Shown: positions 30,677 to 41,616 of the stretch, in pieces
Numbering within the stretch: the first letter of the stretch is position 1
Layout of the letters: every line of letters starts with the position of its first letter
IMG/VR virus record: IMGVR_UViG_3300014656_000015
Strand: one strand, 5' to 3'
Length of the DNA: 64,000 bases
DNA from: a virus
Notes under the pieces: generated by a model
What the model saw: the letters and a program-made list of their open reading frames with translations, nothing else
Database searches by the model: none
Told to the model about the DNA's origin: nothing
Position numbers and translations under genes: made by a program

Positions 30677-31191
30677 CTCCTACCTCATCCATTATCTCTC
30701 GCCACCTCTCCACCGAGCACGGCTCGGACCAGATCGACAAGCACGTTATACAGACCCAGCGGAGCACTCCGGGCGGAGACGGGACGATGCGCATCAGCCC
30801 GGCGCAGTTCGGCTCAGTACATCGCTTCAGTTTCATTGGCTTCACGACTCCTCCTCTCCAAAGCACGCTCATTCGTCGTTTTCACGCCACCACTTCAACG
30901 CCGCTTTAGCACGCTTCAGCGCTTGGGTATGCAGTCTCCCCAGGTCGACGTTGCTGGCCTCGACTCGGATACTCTCTAACTGTATTCTGTATCCGTCCAA
31001 AATCGAGAACCAGACCAGAACATGAGGCCACGATGGAGTAACCACACCCCTTTCATCTCGATCCCACTGCAACTTGATATCCCCAAAGACTCTGAAGAGG
31101 ACCACCTCGCTGGCTATACCCTTCTGCCTCGGACTAACGCCTATGCCGTTCAGGGGCCCAACACGCAATCTCATCTATCACCTTCTCTCAA

Positions 31192-31755
31192 TCAGTTTCC
31201 TCTCAGCCGCTCGTAGGCGGCGACGGCCTCGCGCATGGCGTCGAGTACATCCTGCCTCATGTACACGTCCGTGTTTTCGATGTTGCCGGGTCCCTCTGTC
31301 ATCCACCACCATCCGGCTCTGTTGGAAAAAACTCGGACACACCACTCCGACGCGCAGCCCTGCCACGTCCAGTAGCGTTCCCCTTGCGTTACCACCCATT
31401 TCCACCCCTCGACCTCACCACCTGTCTCGGCGGCGAGCCTGAGCCGCAGATCGGCGATCTCGGCGCGCAGCCGCGCCGCCTCCTCCTGCACATCCCAGCC
31501 GTCGCACCACGCCGAAGACAAACTCGCGTCGGTGTATGGACACGACTCGCGATCCATGCCCTCACACCACGCCGAGATCCCACCTAGCCTGGCCTCGTCG
31601 AGATTACGCAGTCTCCCCACCTCAGCTCTCAACCGATCGACCTCAGCGATCAAGGAGGAAGTGAACCTCTCGCTGGCTTCTTGCGGATCGACGACCCCGT
31701 CACCAGGCTCCAATGGTGGCTGGTACGGAATATTCCATCTAATGTTGTCACTCAT
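31192..31755 (-). CDS. hypothetical protein, paralog of 32046-32495
   Basis: ADLRLRLAAETGGEV.GW.W...DAMR.AVAAY.RLRG. Confidence 0.65.
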   Translation of the reverse strand: MSDNIRWNIPYQPPLEPGDGVVDPQEASERFTSSLIAEVDRLRAEVGRLRNLDEARLGGISAWCEGMDRESCPYTDASLSSAWCDGWDVQEEAARLRAEIADLRLRLAAETGGEVEGWKWVVTQGERYWTWQGCASEWCVRVFSNRAGWWWMTEGPGNIENTDVYMRQDVLDAMREAVAAYERLRGN

Positions 31756-32045
31756 TTCCCAATCCTCCTGGTTAGCTCCACCGCTCCAGCTGCCGTGATG
31801 ATCCATCCGGACCACCCATCACCGCCACCGCCCACGTAGTCCACGAGCCCCCGCCCTTGCAAACGCCGCAAGATCTTTCCTGCCGGCCGCGCATAGTGCT
31901 GCGGTTTGGCAAACTCACCCCTCTCCCAGGGCTTCGGCCAGATCGCGCACCCAATGGCACCCGGCGGCATCGGCATAGCCCGCTGCCGCAGCACGGCGAG
32001 GACACGGAGTTCGATCGCGCTCACCATCCACGCTCCTGGATCAGT

Positions 32046-32495
32046 CTATCGTTCATCCCTGTCCTCCTCCCCTCTCAGCCGCACGTAAGCGGCGACGGCG
32101 GCACGCATGGCGTCCCAGGCCGTTGGTGACTCGCCATCAGCATCCTGCTCAAAGACTAGGCCATCGACGTACCATGTCCACTGCGATCCACTCCGATACA
32201 CTTTGATGTTCCACCCGGCCAGCGAATCGGCAAGCACCCACCGTTTGTGCGGGAAATCTTGCCACTCCCACCCATCGACCTCACCCCCGGTCTCGGCCGC
32301 GAGCCTGATCCGCAGATCGGCGACCTCGACCCACAGGCTATGGAGGACAGTCTCACAACGGCACGCGAGACAGGGGTCAAGCGCATCAGCATCACAGTCG
32401 CACCCGTAGTCCTGGAGCAGGCCCAAAACAAGCGCTAACTGGGTCGGATTACCCTCAGCGTCACACTGTCTGATCATCTCGTTCCATTCACTCAT
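32046..32495 (-). CDS. hypothetical protein, paralog of 31192-31755
   Basis: Same shared domain boundaries. Confidence 0.65.
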   Translation of the reverse strand: MSEWNEMIRQCDAEGNPTQLALVLGLLQDYGCDCDADALDPCLACRCETVLHSLWVEVADLRIRLAAETGGEVDGWEWQDFPHKRWVLADSLAGWNIKVYRSGSQWTWYVDGLVFEQDADGESPTAWDAMRAAVAAYVRLRGEEDRDER

Positions 32496-32883
32496 CACGG
32501 CCTTCTTTCTCCCTCTGCAGCGTCTTGCTCGGACCCATGTCCTCCAGTACCTGCTCCGCGAGATGCTCCCGCGCGGCGAGGTGGCTCTGGTCATCGATCC
32601 CGAGCACCCAACGACCGATCGGACACGCGCTCGACAGGTAGCTGTGGTCGCGGCACTGCTGCGGTCTCCGCTCATAGATGCCGCAGAACACGAATGCGGC
32701 CGAGCCTCGCCGAGCCTCGACGATGTGCGGGCACGGCATCGTCTCGGGATCCGTGACGAGTGGACTCATACGTCGGCAACAATCACCGCAATGGAGACAA
32801 ACCATGTTCTCGGACCTCCAATCCTCCTTTTCATCCCGCGAGATTCGCTTCAACCGACTGTGGCAATGACCCCTGGTCTCCAC
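32488..32883 (-). CDS. YkgJ-like CxxCxxCC protein
   Basis: CLHCGDCC...CGIYERRPQQCR. Confidence 0.75.
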   Translation of the reverse strand: METRGHCHSRLKRISRDEKEDWRSENMVCLHCGDCCRRMSPLVTDPETMPCPHIVEARRGSAAFVFCGIYERRPQQCRDHSYLSSACPIGRWVLGIDDQSHLAAREHLAEQVLEDMGPSKTLQREKEGRDE

Positions 32884-32918
32884 ATGTCATGCCCCTCCCT
32901 CCCCTGGTTCAGTCGGTA

Positions 32919-33320
32919 CTACAGGGACTCGAGCAGGGCCCGGAGCTCGTCGATACCCTTCTCCTTGAGGGACCCGGCCTCCTTCTCCGCGATGACCGCC
33001 AGGATCATCTGCTTCTTGTCCCGGGTCTCCTTCGCCTTCTTCGCCGCTTCCTGCTCCACCAGGCGCACCGCGATGATGTGCTTGACGATCTCGAAAGCTG
33101 TCTCGAGCTGCCGGTTCGTCTCGACGAGCCCCGGGTTGACGAAGTCCTCTTCATCCACAGCCTTCAGCGCCCGGTTCAGCGCCTTGGCCAGATCGTTGAG
33201 GTTCGCTACCCGATCCTTGTTAGAGGTCAATGGAAGTTCCCAGAGATCCTCCACCACCAGCTGCCCAACCGGAGTCGGGAAACGCAGCTTCCATCGTGAC
33301 GCCCTCTCGAATAGTTCCAT
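32919..33320 (-). CDS. conserved phage coiled-coil protein, partner of 33342-35348
   Basis: LFERASRWKLRF...G.L.VEDLWELPL pattern. Confidence 0.75.
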   Translation of the reverse strand: MELFERASRWKLRFPTPVGQLVVEDLWELPLTSNKDRVANLNDLAKALNRALKAVDEEDFVNPGLVETNRQLETAFEIVKHIIAVRLVEQEAAKKAKETRDKKQMILAVIAEKEAGSLKEKGIDELRALLESL

Positions 33321-33341
33321 TTCTTGCACCTTTCCCGTTCC

Positions 33342-35348
33342 TTAGAACGTGATGTTGATGGTGCGGGTAAACGCACCGGAGACCTTGGCATAGACATTGT
33401 TGCGCTGGGTCGAGCTGAAGCCCAACCCGCTGAGCTGCTCCCCCTCCTCCTCGGTTCGCATCCGATCCCCGAGGAGCTCGAAGACCTTGCGGTGCTCCCG
33501 CAAGTCATCGGAGAGGTACTCGTTGAAGAAGCCCCTCGAGCTGCCGTCCCGCCGGCACCCCTTGAGCATGAAGAACCAGTGTCGATTCCCCGTCGGCTTC
33601 CCATCCCAGTGATTCGGAGACAGCATGATCATCTGGACCGGGTGGAAACTCTGCGTCGGCAGACCCCACAGCTCCTTCATAACGGTCCGCATGGGGAGGG
33701 ATTCGACGATCCGGATCCCGTCTGCCTCGGTGTAGGTGAAACTGGCCACCCGCACCGTCTCCTTTGGCTTGACCTCACGATCACAGGCAAAGGTGGTCAG
33801 CACACCGTCGAACTCGAGCTCGACCTCGAACCCGACGTCGATCCGCTCCCGATGCGTGAAGTTGTGGACGCAGAGCCGGTACGTACCGGACCTCATCATG
33901 CTTCGCTTGGCGTAGGTGATGTTCTCGACCGCGTTCCTCGAGGTGTTCGGACCAGAGGCCATCACGTTCATGTCCACATCGAGCTCACCCCCAGTGGGAG
34001 ATCTCCTAGTACAGTACGAGATCTCGTAGCCACGGGGCTCCACGAGATGTAGATCCAGATCATCACTGTTGAACCAGGCCAGGGAGGCCCGGAAGTCCCC
34101 GGTCACGTCTCCCCCACGAGCCTTGACCCGCTCCTTGATCGAGTCCGCCAGGTCACCCCGATAGGTCCAGGAGAAGTTGTTGGGCCACTTGAAGAGATGC
34201 TTGGCCTCGGGATCGACGGGCGCGACCAGGTTGACCAGGCTGCCACCGTGCCGATTCTCCAGGAGGAGCTCGACCGACGTCGTCTTCGGGAGGATGTCCT
34301 GGATGAAGGACTCGATTGGGACAGCCTCGACCTTCTCCAGGCTCTTCGGGCTCTCCACAGTCCTGGAGATGAGCTCGTCGAAAACGTCGGCACCCAAGGA
34401 CAGCCTGGCGTCCCGATTGGCAAAGAGCACGTTGTTGATCGAGATGTCCGCCATCCGAGCGAAGCGGCGGCCGAGGGCGGAGCCGTAGCCCAGCTCCTCC
34501 ACCGCTTTGCGGGCCCGCTCGACCATGGCCTTGGTGACCAACGCCTTGGGCCGCCGGTAGTTCTGCGGAGCCACCTTGGCCTCAAACATGCGGACCGCCT
34601 CATCCAGGGTCTTGTCTTCAGACAGGTCCACCAGAAGCGTCCCGATGGCGCTGTTACGGATATGGGTGACGGCTGGGTGCAGGTCCTGGCGCCAGGTGAA
34701 GAACTCTCTCCATCTTTCCTCGTTGAGTCGAGCATAGGCATGCTTCACCTCGAGGAAGAGCCGGAGCACTGGTTTATGCTCCTCCCCCCGATACAACGAG
34801 CCCTGCTCGATGAGCTCGATCACGGTCTCGATGCTGTCGATGCTGATCTCCTCCAGGGCTCGGGCAAAGACGTCCCGTTGCGACCTCTTGTCAGCAAGGA
34901 CCGGGCCCCGGTCCTTGACGACGCAGTGCTGCGGCAGGACAAGGTGAAAGTGCTCCCAGGTCAGCACCTCCCCATCGACCTCCTGGTAATTCTTGTCCAC
35001 CCCAACAACCCGCTGGTCATGGAGCAGGACATTCTCGATGGGCGCGGACCGGACAAGCTCACTCATCGCTGCCGCCACCCTATCGTAGGGGTGGCCGACC
35101 TTGCAGTCCCAGATCGACACCAGTCTATTGTCGATCACGGCGACCAGGCTCCCCACGGCCCGGATGAAGGACCTGCACGCCTGGCAGTCATGCTCGGTCC
35201 GCTCCCGCATCACCGGGTTGGTCCCGGTCGGGAAGCTATCGAGGTAGGTGCTCCAGAGCACCTCCTTCTCCACCTCGGTTCGGAAGAGCGAATGCTCCCG
35301 CATCCGCTCGAACTGGCGGCTGACCGCCGTTTTGAGCTCACTGAACAT
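33342..35348 (-). CDS. conserved large-phage protein with C-terminal YfaP/DUF2135-like domain
   Basis: HDCQACRSFI; SLAWFNSDDLDLH...GELDVDMN...AVENI. Confidence 0.8.
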   Translation of the reverse strand: MFSELKTAVSRQFERMREHSLFRTEVEKEVLWSTYLDSFPTGTNPVMRERTEHDCQACRSFIRAVGSLVAVIDNRLVSIWDCKVGHPYDRVAAAMSELVRSAPIENVLLHDQRVVGVDKNYQEVDGEVLTWEHFHLVLPQHCVVKDRGPVLADKRSQRDVFARALEEISIDSIETVIELIEQGSLYRGEEHKPVLRLFLEVKHAYARLNEERWREFFTWRQDLHPAVTHIRNSAIGTLLVDLSEDKTLDEAVRMFEAKVAPQNYRRPKALVTKAMVERARKAVEELGYGSALGRRFARMADISINNVLFANRDARLSLGADVFDELISRTVESPKSLEKVEAVPIESFIQDILPKTTSVELLLENRHGGSLVNLVAPVDPEAKHLFKWPNNFSWTYRGDLADSIKERVKARGGDVTGDFRASLAWFNSDDLDLHLVEPRGYEISYCTRRSPTGGELDVDMNVMASGPNTSRNAVENITYAKRSMMRSGTYRLCVHNFTHRERIDVGFEVELEFDGVLTTFACDREVKPKETVRVASFTYTEADGIRIVESLPMRTVMKELWGLPTQSFHPVQMIMLSPNHWDGKPTGNRHWFFMLKGCRRDGSSRGFFNEYLSDDLREHRKVFELLGDRMRTEEEGEQLSGLGFSSTQRNNVYAKVSGAFTRTINITF

Positions 35349-35557
35349 CTGGTTCTTTCCCTTTCCTCAAGCAGGCATTACACTCCATCCATTGCCCCAC
35401 GAACGGGGGCCGGTTCGAATTTGCCATGTACAGCGCGGAGTGCCCGCACAGCAACTCGACTCTCCAGCAGCCCCTTCTCAGACCCCCGGGTAGCTTCTCC
35501 CCGACCTTGACGATCTTCCGGCTCGGGGGAACCCCTGGTATCCGATACTTGTCCAGG

Positions 35558-36004
35558 CTACCCATCGGACTCCTCCTGCTCACCCAGCCAGCAGCCCGTC
35601 GTCATCCACCTCAGTCCCTTCTGCGTCACGTAGCAAGCTCCGCCCCCATACGCATCGAGGCGCGGCCTGGAGCAGGTGAAGGCATACTCGAACCCAACTC
35701 CCTCCTGTATGTCGAACCGCCGAAGGTAGCTCTGGATGATGGTGGCAAGCGCCTCGACCTGCACCGATTCATCCGAACGTATCCAGAGGGATAGGGGACC
35801 CTTGGAAACCAGGACCCCGGTACCCCAGTTCAGGTCCGCTCCCTGCTCCGTGGCCACGGCGACGATCTCCTCGGGTAGCGCCCCCCGTCCATCCTCATCG
35901 TTAGCATTGTCGTCAACGGCCCGAAAGGCATCCAGCAACCACGTCAGCTGGGCCTCATCCGACACCTCGATTCGCATCGAAAGCAACGTATAGTAATCCG
36001 CCAT
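35558..36004 (-). CDS. conserved phage protein
   Basis: MADYYT...FEYAFTCSRPRLDAYGGGAC. Confidence 0.7.
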   Translation of the reverse strand: MADYYTLLSMRIEVSDEAQLTWLLDAFRAVDDNANDEDGRGALPEEIVAVATEQGADLNWGTGVLVSKGPLSLWIRSDESVQVEALATIIQSYLRRFDIQEGVGFEYAFTCSRPRLDAYGGGACYVTQKGLRWMTTGCWLGEQEESDG

Positions 36005-36316
36005 CACTCCTCACTTCCCGAAGCCTCGCGCACACTATCCACGTCGACTTCACCCACGAACTGCGCGCGTCGAGACGGCAAGCCGCCGCAGTCATCCGGG
36101 TCGATCCAGGGCGGTGGATGATCCGGGTCGGCAATGGTGCGACCCGGTCCGGCGAGCACCAGGTGCCGCCGACCAAAGCAGGAGCTGTCCATCATCGTGT
36201 TCCGGTAGAGCAGCACATGATCCGTTGGTATCAAACGATCCACCAAGACCTGCACCGCCATCGGGGCGAAACAGTGCTCGTCGATCAACTCCTCATACTT
36301 GATCATCATGACGCTC

Positions 36317-36706
36317 CTAGCTGTGGAAGGACCAATGAGGTCCGGACTCCGAAGGGAAGTCGACACTGAGGCTACCGTCGCCGAACCCAGCCCCATTGTG
36401 GTAGATCATCCCCAGGGTAAACCAAGCAGCCCTGAGAGGCCGTCCGTCCGCATCGGGGTGCTGGCAGTAGACCATGAAGGAGAAGTGGCGGGCATCCATC
36501 GTGTCCCCCTCGGCCAGGGGATGGTCCGGCACGAGCAGATTGAGACTCTTGCCCTCAAGCTCCTGATCCCCGAAACGGGCCGCGTAGGCCAGTGCCTTCT
36601 CCAGCTTCTGCGTCAGCTCGATCCCGGGATGCTCCGCATCGAGCCTGGCGCACTCCTCCCGTACCCTGCCGAGCCGATACCCGGCCTCCGGTGTCATGTT
36701 CAGCAT
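36317..36706 (-). CDS. hypothetical protein (DUF4120-like C-terminus)
   Basis: FSF...GMIYH...WSFHS ending; first gene after a promoter motif. Confidence 0.6.
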   Translation of the reverse strand: MLNMTPEAGYRLGRVREECARLDAEHPGIELTQKLEKALAYAARFGDQELEGKSLNLLVPDHPLAEGDTMDARHFSFMVYCQHPDADGRPLRAAWFTLGMIYHNGAGFGDGSLSVDFPSESGPHWSFHS

Positions 36707-37137
36707 GTCCTCTCTCCTTTCCTTTCATCCTAAAGAACTCAGTGGACAGACACGGTCCTACCAATAGGACCCGTGCTCGGCAGATGTTGCCGTGGTTCTC
36801 TTATACCCGGAGCAAGGAGGGGGTTGCGGAGAGGATCAGATGGTCTGGCGTCGCTTGACCAGGGGGAGGCGCGTCTCCCGACGCAGCGGAGGTACGGGGA
36901 ACGGGGAGCCCACATACTGATAGGTGTAGGCCGAGGCGCGGACCAGGTTGAGGTAGGGGTGCTCGGGCCGCACCCGATCCCGGACCAGAATGGTCACCCG
37001 CTTCTCCGCGACACGCCGGACCATAACCCGCTCCCGCATCACGGTGTACCCATGGTGGTCAACGAAGGCTACCTCCGAGATCTGCCGAGTATCGCCTCGA
37101 TAGATCTGGCCGAGCCCCTCCCCAACATCGGTAGGTA

Positions 37138-40100
37138 TCATGACGTTGCCCCTCCTACTCCAGCAGTGGCGTTCCCAGCAGGCGGAGTGGTCGGACCCCC
37201 ACCACCGTCCCCGGACGTATTGATTGAACGAATCGCGTCGATCAGCTTCTGGTTCCCACTGTTTTCCGCCACCGCGGTCGTGAGCTTCACCAGCCTCTGC
37301 AGCTCACGCAGCTGATCCCGGGCCACTTCAGGCATGGAACGCTGCTCCTCCGGTATGTTCCCACCCTGCCGCCCCAATCCGTAGCCCGCACCCTGCTCCG
37401 CCGACCTCTGGAGCCGCTCCGCTTCGGTGACACCACCCTTGATCATACCCGCGTCCTGCCTCAGCATCCGCTCCAGATCCGTCGCACCTACGCCAGGAGC
37501 CAACGTCCCCAGAGCGTTCCGTTTCTGGAGCTCGGCCATGACACCGGTCACGCCACCCTCCCCCTCCCGCTCCAGACGCCGCGCCATCTCGAGCTGGAAC
37601 CGGCGCTGGGCCGACACGCTGCCTTCCAGCTCCACACCAGCACCCTGGAAGATGCTTGCCAGCACCCTCCGACCCCGATCCCCCTGCTGATCCCCGAGCT
37701 CTCGATAGACCCGATTCATCCGGTTGATGGCGGCGGCATGGTACACCCCGGGTCCACCCTCCTCCTTGGACAGGACCCCGGCCAGGTTGGCACCTTCCTC
37801 GGTGTGGCCATACTTGATGAGCCAGTTCAGGAGACCCTCCCGATCCTGCTTGCCTTCGGACTGCCGCCCCACATGTGCCATGAACTCGTCCAGAGCGGCT
37901 CCCTCCACCCGCCCCTTGACGTCGTTCAGGTTCTGGCCAAGCCAGTTCTGCAGCTCCTTGGCCTTGATCTTGGCATTGGTATCGATAATGTCTCGGGCCA
38001 TAACCCTGCTACGCTCGAGATGACTAGCCATGTCCCGCATCGTCTCATCGTTATCGAGACCGAGCTGCAGCGCACGACGCTCCACGGTGCTCAGATCGGT
38101 GCCCTGGAACACGCTCGGGGCATTGGCCCCGCCACGGGCCTCCGCCAGCAAGCCGAGCTGAGTCCGAGCCTCTTCCCGACTGAGGCCGGCAATGGGGTCG
38201 TTGGGGTCCGCAGCTGCAGCCCTGATATAGCGCTGGAGCTCCCCACCGGGAGTGGCGGTGGCCGCAGTCATCAAACCGGCATAGTCCGGGCTGGACTGTC
38301 GCTCCCGAGCCCGGCCCAGCGCCCACGCCGCCACCCCGCCTCCCGCACCCCATGCCAGTATGCCAGCACCGGTTCCCAGAGCCGTAGCATTCTGCGCCCA
38401 CCGCCCCCCACTACGCTGCTGCATCCGGAGGATAAGGTTCTCCTGTTGTGCTTGACCACGCGCCAAGCGCTCCCCGAGCCCTTCAATACTAGTGCCGCCC
38501 ACGCCGGATAGTGGGGATTTGTAGCCTCCGGTGAGACTCCCCTCCGCTATCCCCAAAATGGCCGCCCGCTCCTCCCAACTCTTTCCCTCGGTCAAATGAC
38601 GAAACTCGGTAGACTCCCGACGCAGAAACTCGATCCGCTTGTTGAGGAAGTCGGCCCTAGCCTCCGTGGTCATCGAGGGGCGCAGAGCCATCGCGTCCCC
38701 CACCGACTCATAGCCAAAACGACCGCCAAAGCCGAAACCGGCTGCCTCCTTGTTGAGGACTACGGCCCGCGCCACATCGCTCTGGAGCCGTGACAGCCCA
38801 CCCGTATCAAGACCGAGATTGCTAGGAGTGATAGCTTGGACTCTGCCTGTCATCTGCTCCCAGTACTGCTGTTGCTGTTCCGGTGTCGCCCCCTCCCGAA
38901 GCTCGCCGTAGCGATACGCCCCCATTCGCTCCAGCCTGGTCTGCAAGCCGGGGGCTCGGATACCCAGGGCCACCCCGAGCCGCCCAGCCAGCGTGGTCGG
39001 TGCACCGCCTCCGGCCGGTACCGACCTGCGGAACGCAGCGAGCTCGGCATCGGTAGCCAGCGCCGCACCGGGCCCCATCCGTCCGGTCCGGGCCAGCTCG
39101 GTGGCTGCCTGCTGCGCCGCGGCGGAGACATGAGTGTTGACGGTGCCCTCGATCTCGGACGTGAGCCGATCCACTCGTTCGGTGAGGACAGTGACCATAT
39201 CATCGCCAACCTGGCGAAGCGGCCCCTCCACGTCACGCTCCCACATGTTGCTGACCCGGTTCCGGAGCCCGCGCAACCCGGTCCGCTCCCGCATCCGGCC
39301 CATGGCCTCGTTCTCCATGGTCTGCCGGAACCGGACCGACCTCTCCTCCATGATCGCGGGGAGCTCCCGGGTGTACTGCACCATGGCCTCAACCTGGGCC
39401 TGTGACATGTTCTGACTCCGACGGAGCCAGCGCTGCATGATGGGGTCCTCCAGGGACAGGCCCCGGGCCTGCTCGAAGTGCTGCCCGAGCAACCCCATCA
39501 TGACCCCCTCCCCACCCTCCTCGAGCAGCTGGCCCCGGAGCCGCTCCTCCTCCGCAAAGAACTCTGACCTACGACCCCCACTCTGCGCGATGTTGTGACG
39601 TGCAATGGTTCGTAGCTCCCGGATCGAGATCTGGCCCGATGCCGCCCGCTGCATCAGCTCCCGATTGATCCCACCGGTGGTCGGATCCCAGAGCCCGGCC
39701 AGCATGGGTCGCCCCACGCCTCGAGCAAAGAACCGGGTGTTGGTCTCCATCATCTGTCCCGCAAAGGCCTGGGCCGCCGCGGTGCCGGTCAGCCCGCCCG
39801 TCGCCTCGGACAGCATCTCCTCGGAGAGCGCGCCGGTCCCCACGGCGAGTGCAACGTTACCGGCCATGCCCTGGAGCGCGCCGGCACCGACCCTGCCCCG
39901 CATACCGTACATCCGACCCATCTGGGCGCCCTGCATCCCGATCTGCTGCATCTCGGCCATACCGATGCCGCTGGCCCCCGAGATCATCCTGGTCCGCATC
40001 AGGCTGGCACTGATGTCCTGGCCCCGGAAGAATCCCATGGAGCGCTGCTGCTCCAGGTACTCCGTCGCCCCCTCCAACGAGGTGTGCAGCGTCTCCGCGA

Positions 40101-40785
40101 TCTCCTTCAGCCCCCCGACCAGATCCCGGAACCGCTGCTTGAACTGCTGCGCGCCCTGCACCCCACGGTACAGCCGCATCTGGGAAGTCTTCTCGAGGAC
40201 CCGGGTCAGGTCGTCAACCTGGGCAAAGATGTCCTCACCCGCCATCTCCCGGATCATGGTGGAGACGTCACCCATCTCCCGGGACGAGAACCCCATACCG
40301 CCACGGCCACTGCCAACGCCCATGCGTTGGCCGAACTGCTGCCGCATCACCCGGTTCACGTTCTGCCGCTCCTGGAACCCGGCGTAGACATTCTCCCCAC
40401 CGAACTGGGCCACCTCGAGCGCACCGAGAGCCATCATGCCCGGGATGCCACCAGCAGCGGCCAGCATCGGCCCACCGATCCCGAAGAGTCCAGCGGCTCC
40501 GGCTCCCATGGCTCCCAGATTGCCCACAGTGCTGAGACCTCGACCCATGGTGGTGGCGAAGGCGAGACCCCCACCTACCATGCTCTCCGCGATGTGCTGG
40601 GAGGGGAAGGTGCCCATGGAGGCGTTGGGCAGCCCCATCGCCATCCCCATCATGCCGCCGTGCGGATTGATCATCTGGGAGTAGGCCGCGTTCCCCATGA
40701 ACATCTGCTGCTGCTGCATGGCCATCGCAGCGATCTGGTTCGACGTCATCGGCATCGGGTCGAGTCTCCTGGTCCAGCTTACCAC
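37138..40785 (-). CDS. tape-measure-like virion protein
   Basis: 1215 aa, Gly/Ala/Met/Gln-rich and helical, with hydrophobic Gly-Ala stretches; a frameshifted chaperone lies upstream on the same strand. Confidence 0.6.
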   Translation of the reverse strand: MVSWTRRLDPMPMTSNQIAAMAMQQQQMFMGNAAYSQMINPHGGMMGMAMGLPNASMGTFPSQHIAESMVGGGLAFATTMGRGLSTVGNLGAMGAGAAGLFGIGGPMLAAAGGIPGMMALGALEVAQFGGENVYAGFQERQNVNRVMRQQFGQRMGVGSGRGGMGFSSREMGDVSTMIREMAGEDIFAQVDDLTRVLEKTSQMRLYRGVQGAQQFKQRFRDLVGGLKEIAETLHTSLEGATEYLEQQRSMGFFRGQDISASLMRTRMISGASGIGMAEMQQIGMQGAQMGRMYGMRGRVGAGALQGMAGNVALAVGTGALSEEMLSEATGGLTGTAAAQAFAGQMMETNTRFFARGVGRPMLAGLWDPTTGGINRELMQRAASGQISIRELRTIARHNIAQSGGRRSEFFAEEERLRGQLLEEGGEGVMMGLLGQHFEQARGLSLEDPIMQRWLRRSQNMSQAQVEAMVQYTRELPAIMEERSVRFRQTMENEAMGRMRERTGLRGLRNRVSNMWERDVEGPLRQVGDDMVTVLTERVDRLTSEIEGTVNTHVSAAAQQAATELARTGRMGPGAALATDAELAAFRRSVPAGGGAPTTLAGRLGVALGIRAPGLQTRLERMGAYRYGELREGATPEQQQQYWEQMTGRVQAITPSNLGLDTGGLSRLQSDVARAVVLNKEAAGFGFGGRFGYESVGDAMALRPSMTTEARADFLNKRIEFLRRESTEFRHLTEGKSWEERAAILGIAEGSLTGGYKSPLSGVGGTSIEGLGERLARGQAQQENLILRMQQRSGGRWAQNATALGTGAGILAWGAGGGVAAWALGRARERQSSPDYAGLMTAATATPGGELQRYIRAAAADPNDPIAGLSREEARTQLGLLAEARGGANAPSVFQGTDLSTVERRALQLGLDNDETMRDMASHLERSRVMARDIIDTNAKIKAKELQNWLGQNLNDVKGRVEGAALDEFMAHVGRQSEGKQDREGLLNWLIKYGHTEEGANLAGVLSKEEGGPGVYHAAAINRMNRVYRELGDQQGDRGRRVLASIFQGAGVELEGSVSAQRRFQLEMARRLEREGEGGVTGVMAELQKRNALGTLAPGVGATDLERMLRQDAGMIKGGVTEAERLQRSAEQGAGYGLGRQGGNIPEEQRSMPEVARDQLRELQRLVKLTTAVAENSGNQKLIDAIRSINTSGDGGGGPTTPPAGNATAGVGGATS

Positions 40786-40836
40786 GTGGAAGTGCGGGGA
40801 TGCAGCTCGTTATAAGAACTATGGAAAGGAGGAGAC

Positions 40837-41052
40837 ATGATCTCCTTGATGCTCTTCATCCCAACCCTTCTGGTCGCCTACGGCGGCCTGAAGGCCCTAG
40901 AGATGACCTGCACCCGCGTGCAGGCCGTCTTCGAGGCGGACCGCGTCTCGATGGCCGCGGTGTGTGAGCGGCACACCGCGGAGGAGGTTGCCCAGGTTCG
41001 GGCGACCTACAAAGACTGGATAGAAAGGAGGCTGCGGTCCCGCGACCTCTGA
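40837..41052 (+). CDS. small membrane/secreted protein in its own transcription unit
   Basis: GTTATAAG, GGAAAGGAGG, N-terminal hydrophobic helix, hairpin+CTTAG. Confidence 0.7.
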   Translation: MISLMLFIPTLLVAYGGLKALEMTCTRVQAVFEADRVSMAAVCERHTAEEVAQVRATYKDWIERRLRSRDL

Positions 41053-41616
41053 TCCCCCACCTCTGGCCCCGTCTCGCGGGCCAATTCCTTAGCCAGCTAA
41101 GAAACGGGGACCGGACGGGCCACCCCATCCGGTCCCTCAATAGCCTCATTCACTCAGCCCTCCTCTGCTGAGCCCAACACGGACCCGACGAGTAGGCAGT
41201 TGATACGGCTCAACCACCTGCTTCATCCTTATACCCCGAGCCCGAGCCGGTTTTCATGCAAGAACAGCAAAATTGCTGGGATAAGGCCCATGGGAGCTGA
41301 AGCGCAGGCGCAAGGGCGAAGTCCCGGCTCTCAGGCTTCGGAGCTGCCCCGGGGTGTTTCCTTTAGGTGCCCAAGCATCCACATCGCGTAGTTCGCAATG
41401 GCGTTACGCTCAAGCTGGAGCAGGCCCTCCCGAAAGTCGTTCCGGACCAGGCACTGCTCGTACTCCTGGATGGAAGCACGGACTCGAGCCAGGTCCGCGT
41501 CGGGTCCCTGCTCCTCGGACTCGACGGGACGGCGCAGGACAAGATGTGCACTGATCATGGGAATCAGGTTACGATGAATGGGTACGGTTCACAACCGAAA
41601 TGGAACGGAGGCTGCG

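Noticed and set aside
31192-32495. Diversity-generating retroelement TR/VR pair
   Set aside because: No reverse transcriptase in the window, and the differences are not adenine-specific
34197-35510. Long plus-strand ORFs such as 34197-35510, 26810-27919 and 50902-52146
   Set aside because: Antisense shadows of real minus-strand genes, expected at high GC
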